NCBI GenBank assembly: GCA_029061605.1
Contig: JAIDRT010000012.1
Location: 66,239 to 130,238 of the forward strand
Origin: Clostridia bacterium
GTDB taxonomy: Bacteria > Bacillota > Clostridia > Christensenellales > UBA3700
DNA: 64,000 nt
Direction: 5' to 3'
Shown: positions 26,129 to 36,608 of the stretch, one piece after another
Layout: each line of letters opens with the position of its first letter
Position numbering within the stretch: position 1 is the stretch's first letter
Made by a program: the position numbers and the translations under genes
The notes under the pieces: model-generated
Told to the model about the DNA's origin: nothing
What the model saw: the letters and a program-made list of their open reading frames with translations, nothing else
The model's database searches: none

Positions 26129-27592
26129 TATTTCGCGCGTTGCTACGCTGTTGAATACGTCTTGCGCTTCTTGCGCGGCGTCACGCTCAACGACATCTTC
26201 GCCGCCTTCCAACGTATCAGGCGGTGGGTCTGCCTTAACTTTAAACTCCCTTCGGCTTATCACGTAATAAGAGATAAGCATTGCGGCGCCTGTCGCAACC
26301 CAAGTGATTGGATAAATTATCATAAGTACGTAGAAGTTTTGCGGATAAAGTTTAAATATCGTATACACCCACACTATGCGAAGTATGCACGAGCCTACGA
26401 CGGTGATAAGCGCAGGCAAAAGCGAATGCCCTATGCCTCTCAACGCTCCTCCGGCAATTTCGTACGTGCAAGGCAGCATTTCTCCCGACAGCACGCAAGT
26501 CATTCTTATCAGCGCAAATTTGATGGCTTCTTCGTCCGAAGTGTATATACGGATAAACAATTTTCCACCCAGCGCAAACGTAAGGCTCATTACAGTAGTG
26601 ATCACCAGAGCCGCCAACATATTGACGCGGAAGATCTTTTTGCAACGCGCATAGTTCCCCGCCGCAAAATTTTGACTGATAAAAGTCACTGCGGCTTGAG
26701 CAAACGCGCTGACGAAATAATATACGTAATACTCAAAATACAGCGCGTCTCCGCTGCCAGCCATAGCCTTGTCTCCAAAACCGTTGATGGCAGTCTGAAT
26801 ACACACGTTGGAAAGCGAAAAGACTATGCCCTGCAATCCGGCGGGCAGACCAATGGCAAATATGCGTTTGAGATACCTTTTTTTCATTCTAGACTTTTTG
26901 AAGCGTATTCTCAAAGTCTCGTTTTTCATAATAAAATACACCACGCAACCTGCGCTGACTGCATCGGCGACCACCGTCGCGACAGCCACGCCCACAACGC
27001 TCATTTTGAATACTGCGACAAACAATAGATTGAGACCTATATTCAACACGCCTGCGACTATAAGACTGTAAAGCGGTCTGCGGGTATCTCCCACGCTTCT
27101 CAAAATTGCCGAGCCAAAATTATAGATCATTAAGAATGGCATACCTATAAAATACACTTGAAGGTACTTGGTGGCAAGCGGAAGCACCTGCGCAGGCACG
27201 TCCATTGCTTTCAATACAGGAGAGGCAATGGCAATACCTACGACGAGAAGCAATACTCCGCTCGCAATGGCTATTACGGCGGCTGTCAACACCATACTGT
27301 GTATATCGTCTTTCTCATTCCTGCCTATATGCTCCGATATGACGACGGTAACACCTACCGAAAGTCCGGTAAAAAGATTGATGAGCAAGTTTATCAAAGA
27401 GCCGTTGCTATTTACAGCCGCCTGAGCGTTGCTGTCTTCAAACCAACCTATGACGGCTACGTCCGCAGAGTTGAATAGTTGTTGCAAGATACCGCCGAGC
27501 GCAAGCGGGAGCGCAAAAAGCAAGATCTTCTTTAGAAGAGGACCGTGCAGCATATCCATTTGTTTTCGTTTGGTTTCCATTACTTTGTTCAT
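26105..27592 (-). CDS. MATE family efflux transporter with C-terminal cytoplasmic tail
   Basis: 495 aa. LLKKILLFALPLALGGILQQLFNSADVAVIG. About 12 TM segments. The ~50-aa acidic tail is not typical of the family. Confidence 0.85.
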   Translation of the reverse strand: MNKVMETKRKQMDMLHGPLLKKILLFALPLALGGILQQLFNSADVAVIGWFEDSNAQAAVNSNGSLINLLINLFTGLSVGVTVVISEHIGRNEKDDIHSMVLTAAVIAIASGVLLLVVGIAIASPVLKAMDVPAQVLPLATKYLQVYFIGMPFLMIYNFGSAILRSVGDTRRPLYSLIVAGVLNIGLNLLFVAVFKMSVVGVAVATVVADAVSAGCVVYFIMKNETLRIRFKKSRMKKRYLKRIFAIGLPAGLQGIVFSLSNVCIQTAINGFGDKAMAGSGDALYFEYYVYYFVSAFAQAAVTFISQNFAAGNYARCKKIFRVNMLAALVITTVMSLTFALGGKLFIRIYTSDEEAIKFALIRMTCVLSGEMLPCTYEIAGGALRGIGHSLLPALITVVGSCILRIVWVYTIFKLYPQNFYVLMIIYPITWVATGAAMLISYYVISRREFKVKADPPPDTLEGGEDVVERDAAQEAQDVFNSVATREIIDDTPKA

Positions 27593-27661
27593 CTTTTGAT
27601 TGCCTCAATCATATTCACTGATTATACTATTATACCTAAGATAAATCAAGCAAAAATGTAT

Positions 27662-27690
27662 AAAAAATACCCCCATTTCTGAGGGTATTC
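27662..27690 (-). terminator. rho-independent terminator after ftsH
   Basis: Minus-strand RNA aataccc-tcagaaatgg-gggtatt followed by ttttt. Confidence 0.6.
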
Positions 27691-27705
27691 TTATTGAGTT
27701 TTTTA

Positions 27706-29913
27706 CTAATCATTTTTGTCTTCCGACTTATTCTGCTCGCCTTCTTGAGTTTCCTGCGATTGCTCTGCGTCCGTGTCAACAACAGGTTGTTCCTCGGCGT
27801 TGCCGTCAGCAGTATCAATTGCTTCATTCTCTTCGCTCTTATCTTCTTGAGCCGAAGTCTCCTGTTTCTCCTCAAAGACTTGTTCTTCGACGATATTTAT
27901 CTTAGGAGTTTCCGTCTTCTTATACGAATCTTTCTTTGCCTGTCTCTCGTCGATATACGCGATTACCTCGTCTGCCGTCTTGCCGTCAAAGAGCATATTG
28001 ACTTCTTCGGTATATATCGTCTCTTTCTCAAAGAGCACTTTTACCATATTGTCCATTATCGTACGGTTGGCTTGCAAAATCTCAAGCGCTCTTGCATAAC
28101 AACTGTCAAGGATAGACTTGATTTCATTGTCAATGATACCGCCCAAATCGTCGCTATAGGAGTGCGTCGTGCCGTAATCTCTGCCAAGGAATACTTCTTT
28201 GTCCCCGCCAAGATACATATTGCCGATTGCCTTTGACATACCCCACTGCGTGACCATCTTCTTGGCGATATTGCTTGCTCTTTCAATGTCGTTAGACGCT
28301 CCGGTAGATATATCCTTGATGACGATTTCTTCCGCCGCTCTTCCGCCGAGCATCATAGTTACCATATCTATGAGTTTGTTGCGCGTAACGTGCGAGTCGT
28401 CGTTTTCCGGTCTCGTCAACGTATAGCCTGCCGCCATACCTCTCGGGATAATGCTCACTTCTTGCACGTCGTCGCAATTTTCAAGCAACTTGCCAATAAT
28501 CGCGTGACCCGACTCGTGGTACGCCGTAATTCTCTTGTCGCTGTCTGTGACGATTCTCGACTTCTTCTGCGGGCCTGCGATAACTTTGTTGATACCCTCG
28601 AGGATATCTTCCATCACAATGACTTTTCTGTTGGCTCTCGCCGCAAGAATAGCCGCCTCGTTGAGAAGATTTTCAAGGTCTGCGCCGCTGAATCCGCTCG
28701 TCATTCTCGCAAGTATCTTAAAGGATACGTCTTGCGCCAAAGGTTTGTTACGCGAGTGAACTTTGAGGATTTCCTCTCTGCCCTTGACGTCAGGTACGTT
28801 GACGTATATCTGTCTGTCAAATCTGCCCGGACGCAACAACGCAGGGTCAAGAATATCCGCTCTGTTGGTCGCCGCCATAATTATGATACCTTCGTTTTTC
28901 TCAAAGCCGTCCATCTGCACGAGAAGTTGGTTGAGCGTCTGCTCTCTCTCGTCGTGACCGCCGCCAAGACCCGAGCCTCTCTGTCTGCCGACAGCGTCGA
29001 TTTCGTCTATAAATATAATACACGGCATATTCTTCTTTGCCTGATTAAACAAGTCTCTTACTCTCGCCGCGCCGGTACCTACGAACATTTCCACAAAGTC
29101 ACTGCCGCTTATTGAGAAGAAAGGCACGTTGGATTCGCCGGCTACTGCTTTTGCAAACAATGTCTTACCCGTGCCCGGAGGACCTACGAGCAACACGCCC
29201 TTTGGTATTCTTGCGCCAAGTTGCAAGAACTTCTGAGGGTCTTTTAAGAATTCTACGATTTCTTGAAGTTCTTCTTTTTCCTCTTCTGCGCCGGCAACGT
29301 CGGTGAAACGTACTGACACGTTCATATTAAGTCTTGCTTTTGTTTTGCCAAAGTCCATAGCCTGACGGTTTGAACTTGCGCTCTGTCTAAATATAATGAA
29401 TATGACAACGCCGCAAATTATCAACGCAAGCAATGGGAATATAATCGACGAAATATTGACTCCCGAATTGGGATCGTTGAATACGTATTGCGGAACGGTA
29501 ATCTTTGTCTTGTCTTCGTCGTCCTTAACCTCGTTTTCCGCTTTTAATTCATCAAGATACGTCTTGAAATTCGTGCGATAATCAATCGTTGCCACGTAAG
29601 TAGCCCTCTTCGTCGGGTTTTTATAAAACGCCTCGACTTCTTTACTCGTTGCGCTTGACTTCAGCGCATACGCCTTATACGATTCGATATACAGCGCGCC
29701 TATCTTATCCGACTCGATCATTTGCACCAAGCCTTGATTGTCTTCGGTACTGGTCACGTCGCCTTTGCTATACGCAATCTCCGTAGGCTTGACGTCAAAG
29801 AACCTAAAATATAAGAATACAATAATTACTACAACCAAAATCACGAGTATCGCAATCTTGCCGTACATTGCTTTTTTGTTCACCTTTTCCTCCAAGCGAA
29901 TTTTATCCGCCAA
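27706..29913 (-). CDS. ftsH: ATP-dependent zinc metalloprotease FtsH
   Basis: [50 protein letters not shown]-terminal TM helices and an acidic C-terminal tail. The true start may be the GTG at 29883, which is preceded by GGAGG. Confidence 0.95.
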   Translation of the reverse strand: MADKIRLEEKVNKKAMYGKIAILVILVVVIIVFLYFRFFDVKPTEIAYSKGDVTSTEDNQGLVQMIESDKIGALYIESYKAYALKSSATSKEVEAFYKNPTKRATYVATIDYRTNFKTYLDELKAENEVKDDEDKTKITVPQYVFNDPNSGVNISSIIFPLLALIICGVVIFIIFRQSASSNRQAMDFGKTKARLNMNVSVRFTDVAGAEEEKEELQEIVEFLKDPQKFLQLGARIPKGVLLVGPPGTGKTLFAKAVAGESNVPFFSISGSDFVEMFVGTGAARVRDLFNQAKKNMPCIIFIDEIDAVGRQRGSGLGGGHDEREQTLNQLLVQMDGFEKNEGIIIMAATNRADILDPALLRPGRFDRQIYVNVPDVKGREEILKVHSRNKPLAQDVSFKILARMTSGFSGADLENLLNEAAILAARANRKVIVMEDILEGINKVIAGPQKKSRIVTDSDKRITAYHESGHAIIGKLLENCDDVQEVSIIPRGMAAGYTLTRPENDDSHVTRNKLIDMVTMMLGGRAAEEIVIKDISTGASNDIERASNIAKKMVTQWGMSKAIGNMYLGGDKEVFLGRDYGTTHSYSDDLGGIIDNEIKSILDSCYARALEILQANRTIMDNMVKVLFEKETIYTEEVNMLFDGKTADEVIAYIDERQAKKDSYKKTETPKINIVEEQVFEEKQETSAQEDKSEENEAIDTADGNAEEQPVVDTDAEQSQETQEGEQNKSEDKND

Positions 29914-30004
29914 CTATATATATTTATAAATTGCCAACATTATTATATATTATAACAAAACAATTAGTCAATAATGTAAACTATAACTTTTGTAAAGATT
30001 GTCT

Positions 30005-30250
30005 ATATTCGGCGAAAAGAGAGGCTAGGCAATTCCAAAATGTATCTTTTCCGCCAATACGGCATTTGTCTCAAGACGACGTACAGCAAGTACGACGTCT
30101 CTCGCCAAACGCCATCTTGACAAAAAATCTAACATTTTACCTCTTGCCTATCTCTCTTCTCTCCGAATAGCAACGTTCTAGTTGAGGAATCTTAAAACAT
30201 TCTTACACGTGAAAATATTACGCCACTCCATTCTCACCGAATAAGCGAAC
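30005..30250. repeat. intergenic motif cluster related to 59114-59288
   Basis: Repeated CTC(G/T/A)CC(G/A)AA(T/A)A motifs in both orientations. A 33-nt segment (revcomp of 30196-30230, ggagtggcgtaatattttcacgtgtaagaatg) is nearly identical to 59137-59168. Confidence 0.6.
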
Positions 30251-30280
30251 CATTTATTTGCTTGCGGAAAATTCAATAAA

Positions 30281-30415
30281 TAGTCATTTTGACTGAAGCA
30301 AAGCGCAATGGAGAAATCTAATCCAATTACTTGGCTTCCCCTTGAGGGGAGGCTCCGCCATAGGCGGTGGTGAGGTGGTTTTTGTCACCTCGACCAAAGT
30401 GGAGAGGTCTCTATC
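30281..30415. repeat. hairpin-module repeats (family A and B)
   Basis: gtcattttgactgaagcaaagcgcaatggagaaatctaatcc, then ttccccttgaggggagg / ctccgccataggcggtgg, then gtcaCCTCgaccaaagtggaGAGGtctc. Confidence 0.75.
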
Positions 30416-30435
30416 CGTATTCTTAGCAATTACTT

Positions 30436-30903
30436 TTACCCTTGCGCTGCCCCAAGACTAACTGCTTTAAAAAGCAGACCGCCCACAAATTCCACAACCT
30501 TGTCGACGAGATGACCTACAAAAGTCTCGTCTCTGTCTTTGAGTTCTTGCATACGGTTGCCGTCTGCGTCGCCCACTACCGCAAGTATACCTATATCGCC
30601 TATCCTCTCCTTATTTTTATCAAAGGCGCCGCCTGGCTTTATGCCGTTGCGAGTTACCTTTATCGCGCCTATATCTTTGAGTTTGCCAAGCGCGGAATCA
30701 ATGACGACCACTATATCGTCTTTATGCCTTTGAGCGATCATCTTTGCGTAATCGTCGACGTTGATAGCAGTGACTTGCCTTTGCGTGTTGCCGTAGACGT
30801 AAGCGTTGACGCCTTTTTCTTTGAGCCTGTCGCCCACTTTGGGACCTATGCTGTCCCCAATGATTTTAGTTGTTCCAATACATAAAAATACCAAGTTTTT
30901 CAT
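30436..30903 (-). CDS. yyaC: spore protease YyaC-like protein
   Basis: 155 aa. LVFLCIGTTKIIGDSIGPKVGDRL...VVIDSALG matches the YyaC/GPR-like pattern. In B. subtilis yyaC also lies in the parB-side origin region. Confidence 0.7.
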   Translation of the reverse strand: MKNLVFLCIGTTKIIGDSIGPKVGDRLKEKGVNAYVYGNTQRQVTAINVDDYAKMIAQRHKDDIVVVIDSALGKLKDIGAIKVTRNGIKPGGAFDKNKERIGDIGILAVVGDADGNRMQELKDRDETFVGHLVDKVVEFVGGLLFKAVSLGAAQG

Positions 30904-31106
30904 ATGGGTAATTGTTTACACACACCAGGCATTTTATACTCCCAAATTGCAATTAACATAAAATATTCTTCAAGCAATTTTGTAAAATCTACATATTATC
31001 TGCAATACTTAAGAGTTATTTAAATTGACAAAAATATAATGACGGCATTATAATGACAGTGTAATCAAAAGCAAGTATTTTGGATATAATACAAAAGGAG
31101 AATTTT

Positions 31107-31733
31107 ATGTCAGTTATATCTATTATATCAATTATAGTCTTGGCGATATGCTTTGTCGTCGGTATAGTGAGAGGTATTGTCAAAACTTTGCTTAGACTTT
31201 TGACAATCGTAGGTACGTCGTTGCTTACGGTATTTGTTACGCCGTATCTCGCAAAAGCGCTTACTTCATCCCACGTGTTACAAAACGTTCACGCAGGCGT
31301 ACTATCGGGTATCAGCGCTTTGATAATTGCAATCGTATCGTTTGTGATATTTGCGCTAATATCTTTTATCATCAACAAAAGAGTTGGAGACTCCCCTGTG
31401 AGCGGAATCAATAGATTTCTCGGCGGACTTTTCTACGCATTCGTAGGTTTTGTCTTCCTGATCCTTATGGGCTACGTAATCAATATCTTCAGAGACGCAG
31501 GCTTTATGCAAAAAGTAATTGCCGATTCTCAAAAAGACGTCTTTGCAAATTGGCTCGTAACCAACAACCTCTTCAACAAATTTATGGAAGCGGTAGCAAA
31601 AGAAGGCGGCATCTTCTGGCAATTTATCAACGGCTTTAAACAAGTTTCGTCCGGCGGCGATTTGCCAAGCGGAGACGCCACTGCAAGCGGCGAAGCAGTA
31701 AAAGCCTTGATAGGAGCATTCGCAAGTATTTAA
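31107..31733 (+). CDS. CvpA-family-like membrane protein
   Basis: ATG at 31107 after AAAGGAG. 4-5 TM helices. The N-terminus IISIIVLAICFVVGIVRGIVKTLLRLL resembles CvpA. Confidence 0.45.
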   Translation: MSVISIISIIVLAICFVVGIVRGIVKTLLRLLTIVGTSLLTVFVTPYLAKALTSSHVLQNVHAGVLSGISALIIAIVSFVIFALISFIINKRVGDSPVSGINRFLGGLFYAFVGFVFLILMGYVINIFRDAGFMQKVIADSQKDVFANWLVTNNLFNKFMEAVAKEGGIFWQFINGFKQVSSGGDLPSGDATASGEAVKALIGAFASI

Positions 31734-31800
31734 TCAAATCATTTGCAATATAAATTCGGGCGTGTCAAAAGATACGCCCTTTTCATTTATAAAATTCTTT

Positions 31801-32043
31801 TCAAAAAAACAATCTATACACGCTAAACAAAAAATTAAATATAACTCCCCCCACGCCGCTTAAGAATACGGAATAAGTGTTACTACCCCAAAGCAAATGG
31901 CAAAACACGCAAGCCATTCCGCCCAAAAGAATATTGAATACGACATACGGCGAAGACTTTCTGCGATAGCCCATTATATATCTTACGGTCACGCCCAATC
32001 CCGCGCCGACAAGAAAGATGATGATCAATTCATAAGTTTGCAT
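31801..32043 (-). CDS. small membrane protein, GlsB/YeaQ/YmgE-like
   Basis: LIIIFLVGAGLGVTVRYIMG...VVFNILLGGMACVF resembles the family pattern. Start chosen at the internal ATG at 32043. Confidence 0.4.
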   Translation of the reverse strand: MQTYELIIIFLVGAGLGVTVRYIMGYRRKSSPYVVFNILLGGMACVFCHLLWGSNTYSVFLSGVGGVIFNFLFSVYRLFF

Positions 32044-32192
32044 AGTATATATTACAAAACGCAATATGGTTTTATGCAAAACACGCCCGATACAATTTGC
32101 GATATTGACATTTGCGACGCAAATTTATATAATATTCGTATATAGACCAACGCCCTTTTAACGACGTATGATCAAAGGAGAATATATAAACT

Positions 32193-32723
32193 ATGATAGA
32201 ATTCAAAACTCAAATTGATTTAAATTCGCAAAAAGTTCTCAACAAATACGCAATCAAAAAGTTGATTATTATATTCAGTATATTTTCTTTGATATTGATA
32301 GGTATCGGAGTTATAGGCATAGTATTTGCAGAAGACAGCGCAGACGTTTCGACAGGAATATTTTTGATTGTCATCGGCGTAATAATCACGCCTATGTTGT
32401 TAATTTTCAACGCTTTGGGGCAAAGAAGTATCGCAAAAACAAATCCGTTTTTAAGCGGAGAAACAAAAGAGATATACAGATTTACTCAAGACGGCATTGA
32501 GCATCTGCAAAAGAAAGGCGAAAGTTTTTTCTCTCACACCAAAGCAGATTACACGTATTTTTATAAGATTATCTCCACCCCGACGCACTACTTAATGTAT
32601 ATAACAGACCGTCGTTGTCACGTCATAGACAAGACGCATATCACGCAAGGGACGTGCGAAGAACTTGACGAAATTTTGACGAGCAAAATGCCAGTGGGAA
32701 AATTCAAAAAGACCAAGAGATAA
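32193..32723 (+). CDS. hypothetical membrane protein (two TM helices plus C-terminal domain, YcxB-like layout)
   Basis: 176-aa ORF with AAAGGAG RBS. Confidence 0.5.
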   Translation: MIEFKTQIDLNSQKVLNKYAIKKLIIIFSIFSLILIGIGVIGIVFAEDSADVSTGIFLIVIGVIITPMLLIFNALGQRSIAKTNPFLSGETKEIYRFTQDGIEHLQKKGESFFSHTKADYTYFYKIISTPTHYLMYITDRRCHVIDKTHITQGTCEELDEILTSKMPVGKFKKTKR

Positions 32724-32833
32724 TACTATTATCTAAATTTTATGTAATATCGTATAGAGCAAGCAATGTGGGTTGCCAAAACGAATATATTATGATATAC
32801 TGTCTATAATTAAAAAAGATTTAAAGGAACCAC

Positions 32834-34138
32834 GTGGCAAAATCTCTAGAGACTTGGAGCAAGTTGGATAATTCGGCAAAGATATATCCTATGCTGGTAA
32901 ACAAAAAAAGCCAAAATATATTCCGCTTGAGTGTCAGTCTCAAAGAAGAGATTGACTCTGCCGTCTTGCAAGAAGCGCTATCGCTGACGATAGGACGTTT
33001 TCCGGTGTACCAAGTCAGACTTATGAAAGGAGTGTTTTGGTATTATTTTGATCACAACTATTCCAAACTGACGGTATACCCTCTGGACCCCACCTCAATC
33101 AAAAAAATCACTGACAAAAATTGCAACGGATATTGCTTTAGAGTAAGTTATTTCAAGAATCAAATCGTATGCGACTTTTTCCACGCTATTTGCGACGCAA
33201 CAGGCGCTGCGGAGTTTGTCAAATCATTGGTATACACTTATCTCAATTTATTGGGGCACGACGTATTCTCCGACCAAAAAGTACTCACTGTCGGCTCTCC
33301 CGTTACCCCCGAAGAACTTGAGGATTCTTTCCTCAAAAATTATAAGCGCGTCCCCCTTTCCAAACTCAAAATCAAGGACTTGCAAGGAAAGAAAGCCTAT
33401 CATATCAATGGCATTTTGTTTGACAATCCTGGCAATGGAATTATCCATATGTATTGCGACGTCAAACAGTTGCTTGACGTATGTCACGCGAAAGGCTGCA
33501 CAATGACGGAATATCTCGGCGCGCTATTTATGCTTTCGATATACGAAAGTCAGATCAAAGACAAGTTGCAAGACGCCAACGACATTCAACTTTTCGTACC
33601 AATAAATCTACGCAAGATATTCCCTTCAAAGACGTTGCGCAACTTTTCTCTTTTTTCTCGCATAGGCGCAAATCCATATGAAGATATGGACGTAGACAAA
33701 CTCATTGAGATAATGCATACCAATCTCAAAAGGGATATGAACAAGGACAATCTCAAAGACAAGATTTCCACAACGGTATGGGCGGAAAAGTTCTTCTTGG
33801 TACGCTTTATCCCGCTGTTTTTAAAAAGGATATTCTTCAACTTTTCAAATATGTTTTTTGGAAAGTCCAAGAAGACTGCGACGTTGTCCAACTTTGGAGT
33901 GTTGAACTTGCCTGACAGTATGAAAGAACACGTTGACAGCGCAAGTTTTGCAATCACGTCAAATACGACCACTCCGCTTTCGCTGTCTGTAATATCCTGC
34001 AACGACAAAGTCTGCATCACTTTCACAAGACGTATTACTGACACGGATATAGAAAGGATTTTTGCCAAGCATCTATCTGACGACGGCATAGACTTACAAG
34101 TTACGTCAAATTTTTGGGAGGTGGACAATGCGTTGTAA
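32834..34138 (+). CDS. HxxxD-motif acyltransferase (condensation / alcohol-acetyltransferase-like)
   Basis: 434 aa with a GTG start after AAAGGA. FFHAICDATGAAEF matches the HHxxxDG catalytic motif of condensation-fold acyltransferases. Confidence 0.6.
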   Translation: MAKSLETWSKLDNSAKIYPMLVNKKSQNIFRLSVSLKEEIDSAVLQEALSLTIGRFPVYQVRLMKGVFWYYFDHNYSKLTVYPLDPTSIKKITDKNCNGYCFRVSYFKNQIVCDFFHAICDATGAAEFVKSLVYTYLNLLGHDVFSDQKVLTVGSPVTPEELEDSFLKNYKRVPLSKLKIKDLQGKKAYHINGILFDNPGNGIIHMYCDVKQLLDVCHAKGCTMTEYLGALFMLSIYESQIKDKLQDANDIQLFVPINLRKIFPSKTLRNFSLFSRIGANPYEDMDVDKLIEIMHTNLKRDMNKDNLKDKISTTVWAEKFFLVRFIPLFLKRIFFNFSNMFFGKSKKTATLSNFGVLNLPDSMKEHVDSASFAITSNTTTPLSLSVISCNDKVCITFTRRITDTDIERIFAKHLSDDGIDLQVTSNFWEVDNAL

Positions 34139-34832
34139 ATATTGCAATATAGAAGTATCGTGCGACAGCAAAATATGTCCGCTCTGCCACGAAAAACTTG
34201 TCATACCCGACAATCTCGATTTGTCCTACGAAACTCCAAAGGCGTATCCCGACAAGCAAAAAACCGTGCGCAAAGCAAAGAAAAAACTCTCAGTAACCAG
34301 ACTTTATATCAGTATTGCTTTGACGGTATTTCTTTTGAGCGTACCCATCAACTTGCTGACGACGCCCAATTTATATTGGTTTGCTATCGTTGCGGTATTA
34401 GGCATATACGGCTTGATTCTTGTAGCCAACACTATACTTTCCAACAACGGCATTGGCATCAAAATCTTTTGGCAAGGCGTAGGCATACTCGCCGTGCTTT
34501 TGACGATAAACTATCTTCTTGACAAGCAAGCCCCTGAATATTCCCCCACTTGGGTGTGGGACTACGGTCTGCCTGCAATACTGATAATCGCGTCGATTAC
34601 AACAGGTATATACACGGCTATTGCGCTCAAGTATTGGAGCAGCGTCGTAATAGACACGCTGATAATTTCTGCGCTCGGCTATCTTCCTATTATACTGTAC
34701 GCCTGCAAAGTTATCGTCCACCCCGCGCTTGCGATTACTGCAACTTGCGTATCCACGATTATAATAATCTTCGTCTGCATACTCGGCAGAAAAACGCTGA
34801 TTTCTGAATTAAAGAAAAAATTCCACGTGTAA
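34128..34832 (+). CDS. zinc-ribbon membrane protein (DUF6320-like)
   Basis: N-terminal CKYCN...CPLCH zinc ribbon, then ~5 TM helices. 11-nt overlap with the upstream acyltransferase. GGAGGTGG RBS. Confidence 0.6.
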   Translation: MRCKYCNIEVSCDSKICPLCHEKLVIPDNLDLSYETPKAYPDKQKTVRKAKKKLSVTRLYISIALTVFLLSVPINLLTTPNLYWFAIVAVLGIYGLILVANTILSNNGIGIKIFWQGVGILAVLLTINYLLDKQAPEYSPTWVWDYGLPAILIIASITTGIYTAIALKYWSSVVIDTLIISALGYLPIILYACKVIVHPALAITATCVSTIIIIFVCILGRKTLISELKKKFHV

Positions 34833-34916
34833 TGTCAATATAAATCAGTTTTATCTCCTTTACTGTTTTGAAGAGAAATGTTATTATATATATGAGTAAC
34901 AATCTAAGGTTGATTT

Positions 34917-35957
34917 ATGAATTACATTGGTTCAAAATATTCTTTGATAGATTTTATAAAATCCTCCATCGCAAAAACTTTGGAGACAAATTGTGAAAAG
35001 CGCCTTCCCTCTGAAATGGTGCTGGCGGATTTATTTGCCGGCACAGGCGTGGTAAGCGGCTCTTTCAAAAAAGATGGATATTCTATAATTGCAAACGATA
35101 TTCAATATTACAGTTATGTTGTTACTAAGCATATGATAGAAAACAACGGCAATCTTAATAAAGACAAATGCGATGCTCTTATTGCCGAGTTGAACGATAT
35201 TGAAGGCGTAGAAGGATTTATTTATAAAAATTATTGTTTTGAAGGCACGGAAGGTCAAGAGTTTCGGCGTATGTATTTTTCAGAATACAATGCAAAAAAA
35301 TGTGATGCTATTAGAATTGCAATTGAAGAGAAATTTAATAAAAACGCCATTTCAGAAAATGAATATTTCTTTTTACTTGGATCGCTACTAAATAGTATTG
35401 ATAAATACGCTAACACCGCATCCGTTTATGGAGCATACCTAAAAAATTTAAAAAGGTCTGCGCTTAAAAAAATGACACTTGAGCCTCTTCCTATTATGCA
35501 AGGTCAAGTGAAGTGTAAAGTTTATAATGAGGATATATGCGAACTTATAAAACATGTTTCGGGCGATATTCTATACCTAGATCCTCCTTATAATGCAAGA
35601 CAATACTGTACAAATTACCATATGCTTGAAACAATTGCAAGATATGATAATCCTGTTATTCACGGCAAAACCGGACTAAGAGAATACTCCAAACAAAAAA
35701 GTGTTTTTTGCATTAAAAGCAAGGTGGAAGACGCCTTTGACGAACTAATTAAAAACGCCAAGTTCAAATATATATTCCTAAGTTACAACAATGAAGGCTT
35801 GATGTCTCGTGAAATGATAGAAAGAATTATGAAGAAATACGGCAAATATGAGTTATTCATTCAAACTTATCGACGTTTTAAAGCGGATAGCGCAAGAAAT
35901 ACAAAAGCAAATGCTACTATCGAATATTTGCATTGTTTGGTAAAAAACGATTTCTAA
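34917..35957 (+). CDS. N6-adenine DNA methyltransferase (D12/Dam class)
   Basis: MNYIGSKYSLIDFI, motif I LADLFAGTGVVS, motif IV LYLDPPYNARQY. Confidence 0.8.
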   Translation: MNYIGSKYSLIDFIKSSIAKTLETNCEKRLPSEMVLADLFAGTGVVSGSFKKDGYSIIANDIQYYSYVVTKHMIENNGNLNKDKCDALIAELNDIEGVEGFIYKNYCFEGTEGQEFRRMYFSEYNAKKCDAIRIAIEEKFNKNAISENEYFFLLGSLLNSIDKYANTASVYGAYLKNLKRSALKKMTLEPLPIMQGQVKCKVYNEDICELIKHVSGDILYLDPPYNARQYCTNYHMLETIARYDNPVIHGKTGLREYSKQKSVFCIKSKVEDAFDELIKNAKFKYIFLSYNNEGLMSREMIERIMKKYGKYELFIQTYRRFKADSARNTKANATIEYLHCLVKNDF

Positions 35958-35987
35958 TATTAATACTGCGCGTTCAAATTAAATCAT

Positions 35988-36608
35988 TTATATGATATAG
36001 ATGACGTCACTAAAAAGATTATAACCGCAATCCCCATCTTTAATTTGAATTCGATTGATTCCTTTTTTCAATGAATATTCCATAAATGCTTTAACACGTT
36101 TTCTTATGGTAGAAAAATCGCTCTTCATCTTCAAACTTTCCTCTTGATTTCCGCCATCACAAACAACGTACAATCTATTCAGCATTTGTTTTCTTGCTTG
36201 TTGTGATTGATTAGCATAAAACCATTCAATCATTTTATTTTTCCCTGTGCGAGTTTTTAAATTATAGGGTCTATCTGATAATTTCGCCGGATAAATTGTA
36301 AGTTTTACGTCAAAAGGAATGTCATTAATATAGATGTCTATATCGTGCTTATAAATATCCTCTTCATGAACTGCTCCGTAATCGCAAAAAAAGTATTCGC
36401 AAGAAGTAGAAGTCTTATAATTATACCAACGGTGAAGCGCATAGTCTTTATCGACTTTATTTTCCGATATTTGATTTAAACATTCTTCAAGAGTGTCACA
36501 TTTATAGATAAAATTAGTACTTTCATCAGATTGGTTATTTTGCATTTCCCAATTGGCATCTATTAATTTTAGACATTCTTTCAAATCATTTTCTAAATTC
36601 TGAGACAT
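35988..36608 (-). CDS. putative PD-(D/E)xK-type nuclease (second endonuclease gene of the R-M operon)
   Basis: 206 aa. The candidate motif E(x)n D-IDIYINDIPF-DVK is assigned by eye only. The TAATG junction overlaps the upstream HNH gene. Confidence 0.35.
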   Translation of the reverse strand: MSQNLENDLKECLKLIDANWEMQNNQSDESTNFIYKCDTLEECLNQISENKVDKDYALHRWYNYKTSTSCEYFFCDYGAVHEEDIYKHDIDIYINDIPFDVKLTIYPAKLSDRPYNLKTRTGKNKMIEWFYANQSQQARKQMLNRLYVVCDGGNQEESLKMKSDFSTIRKRVKAFMEYSLKKGINRIQIKDGDCGYNLFSDVIYII

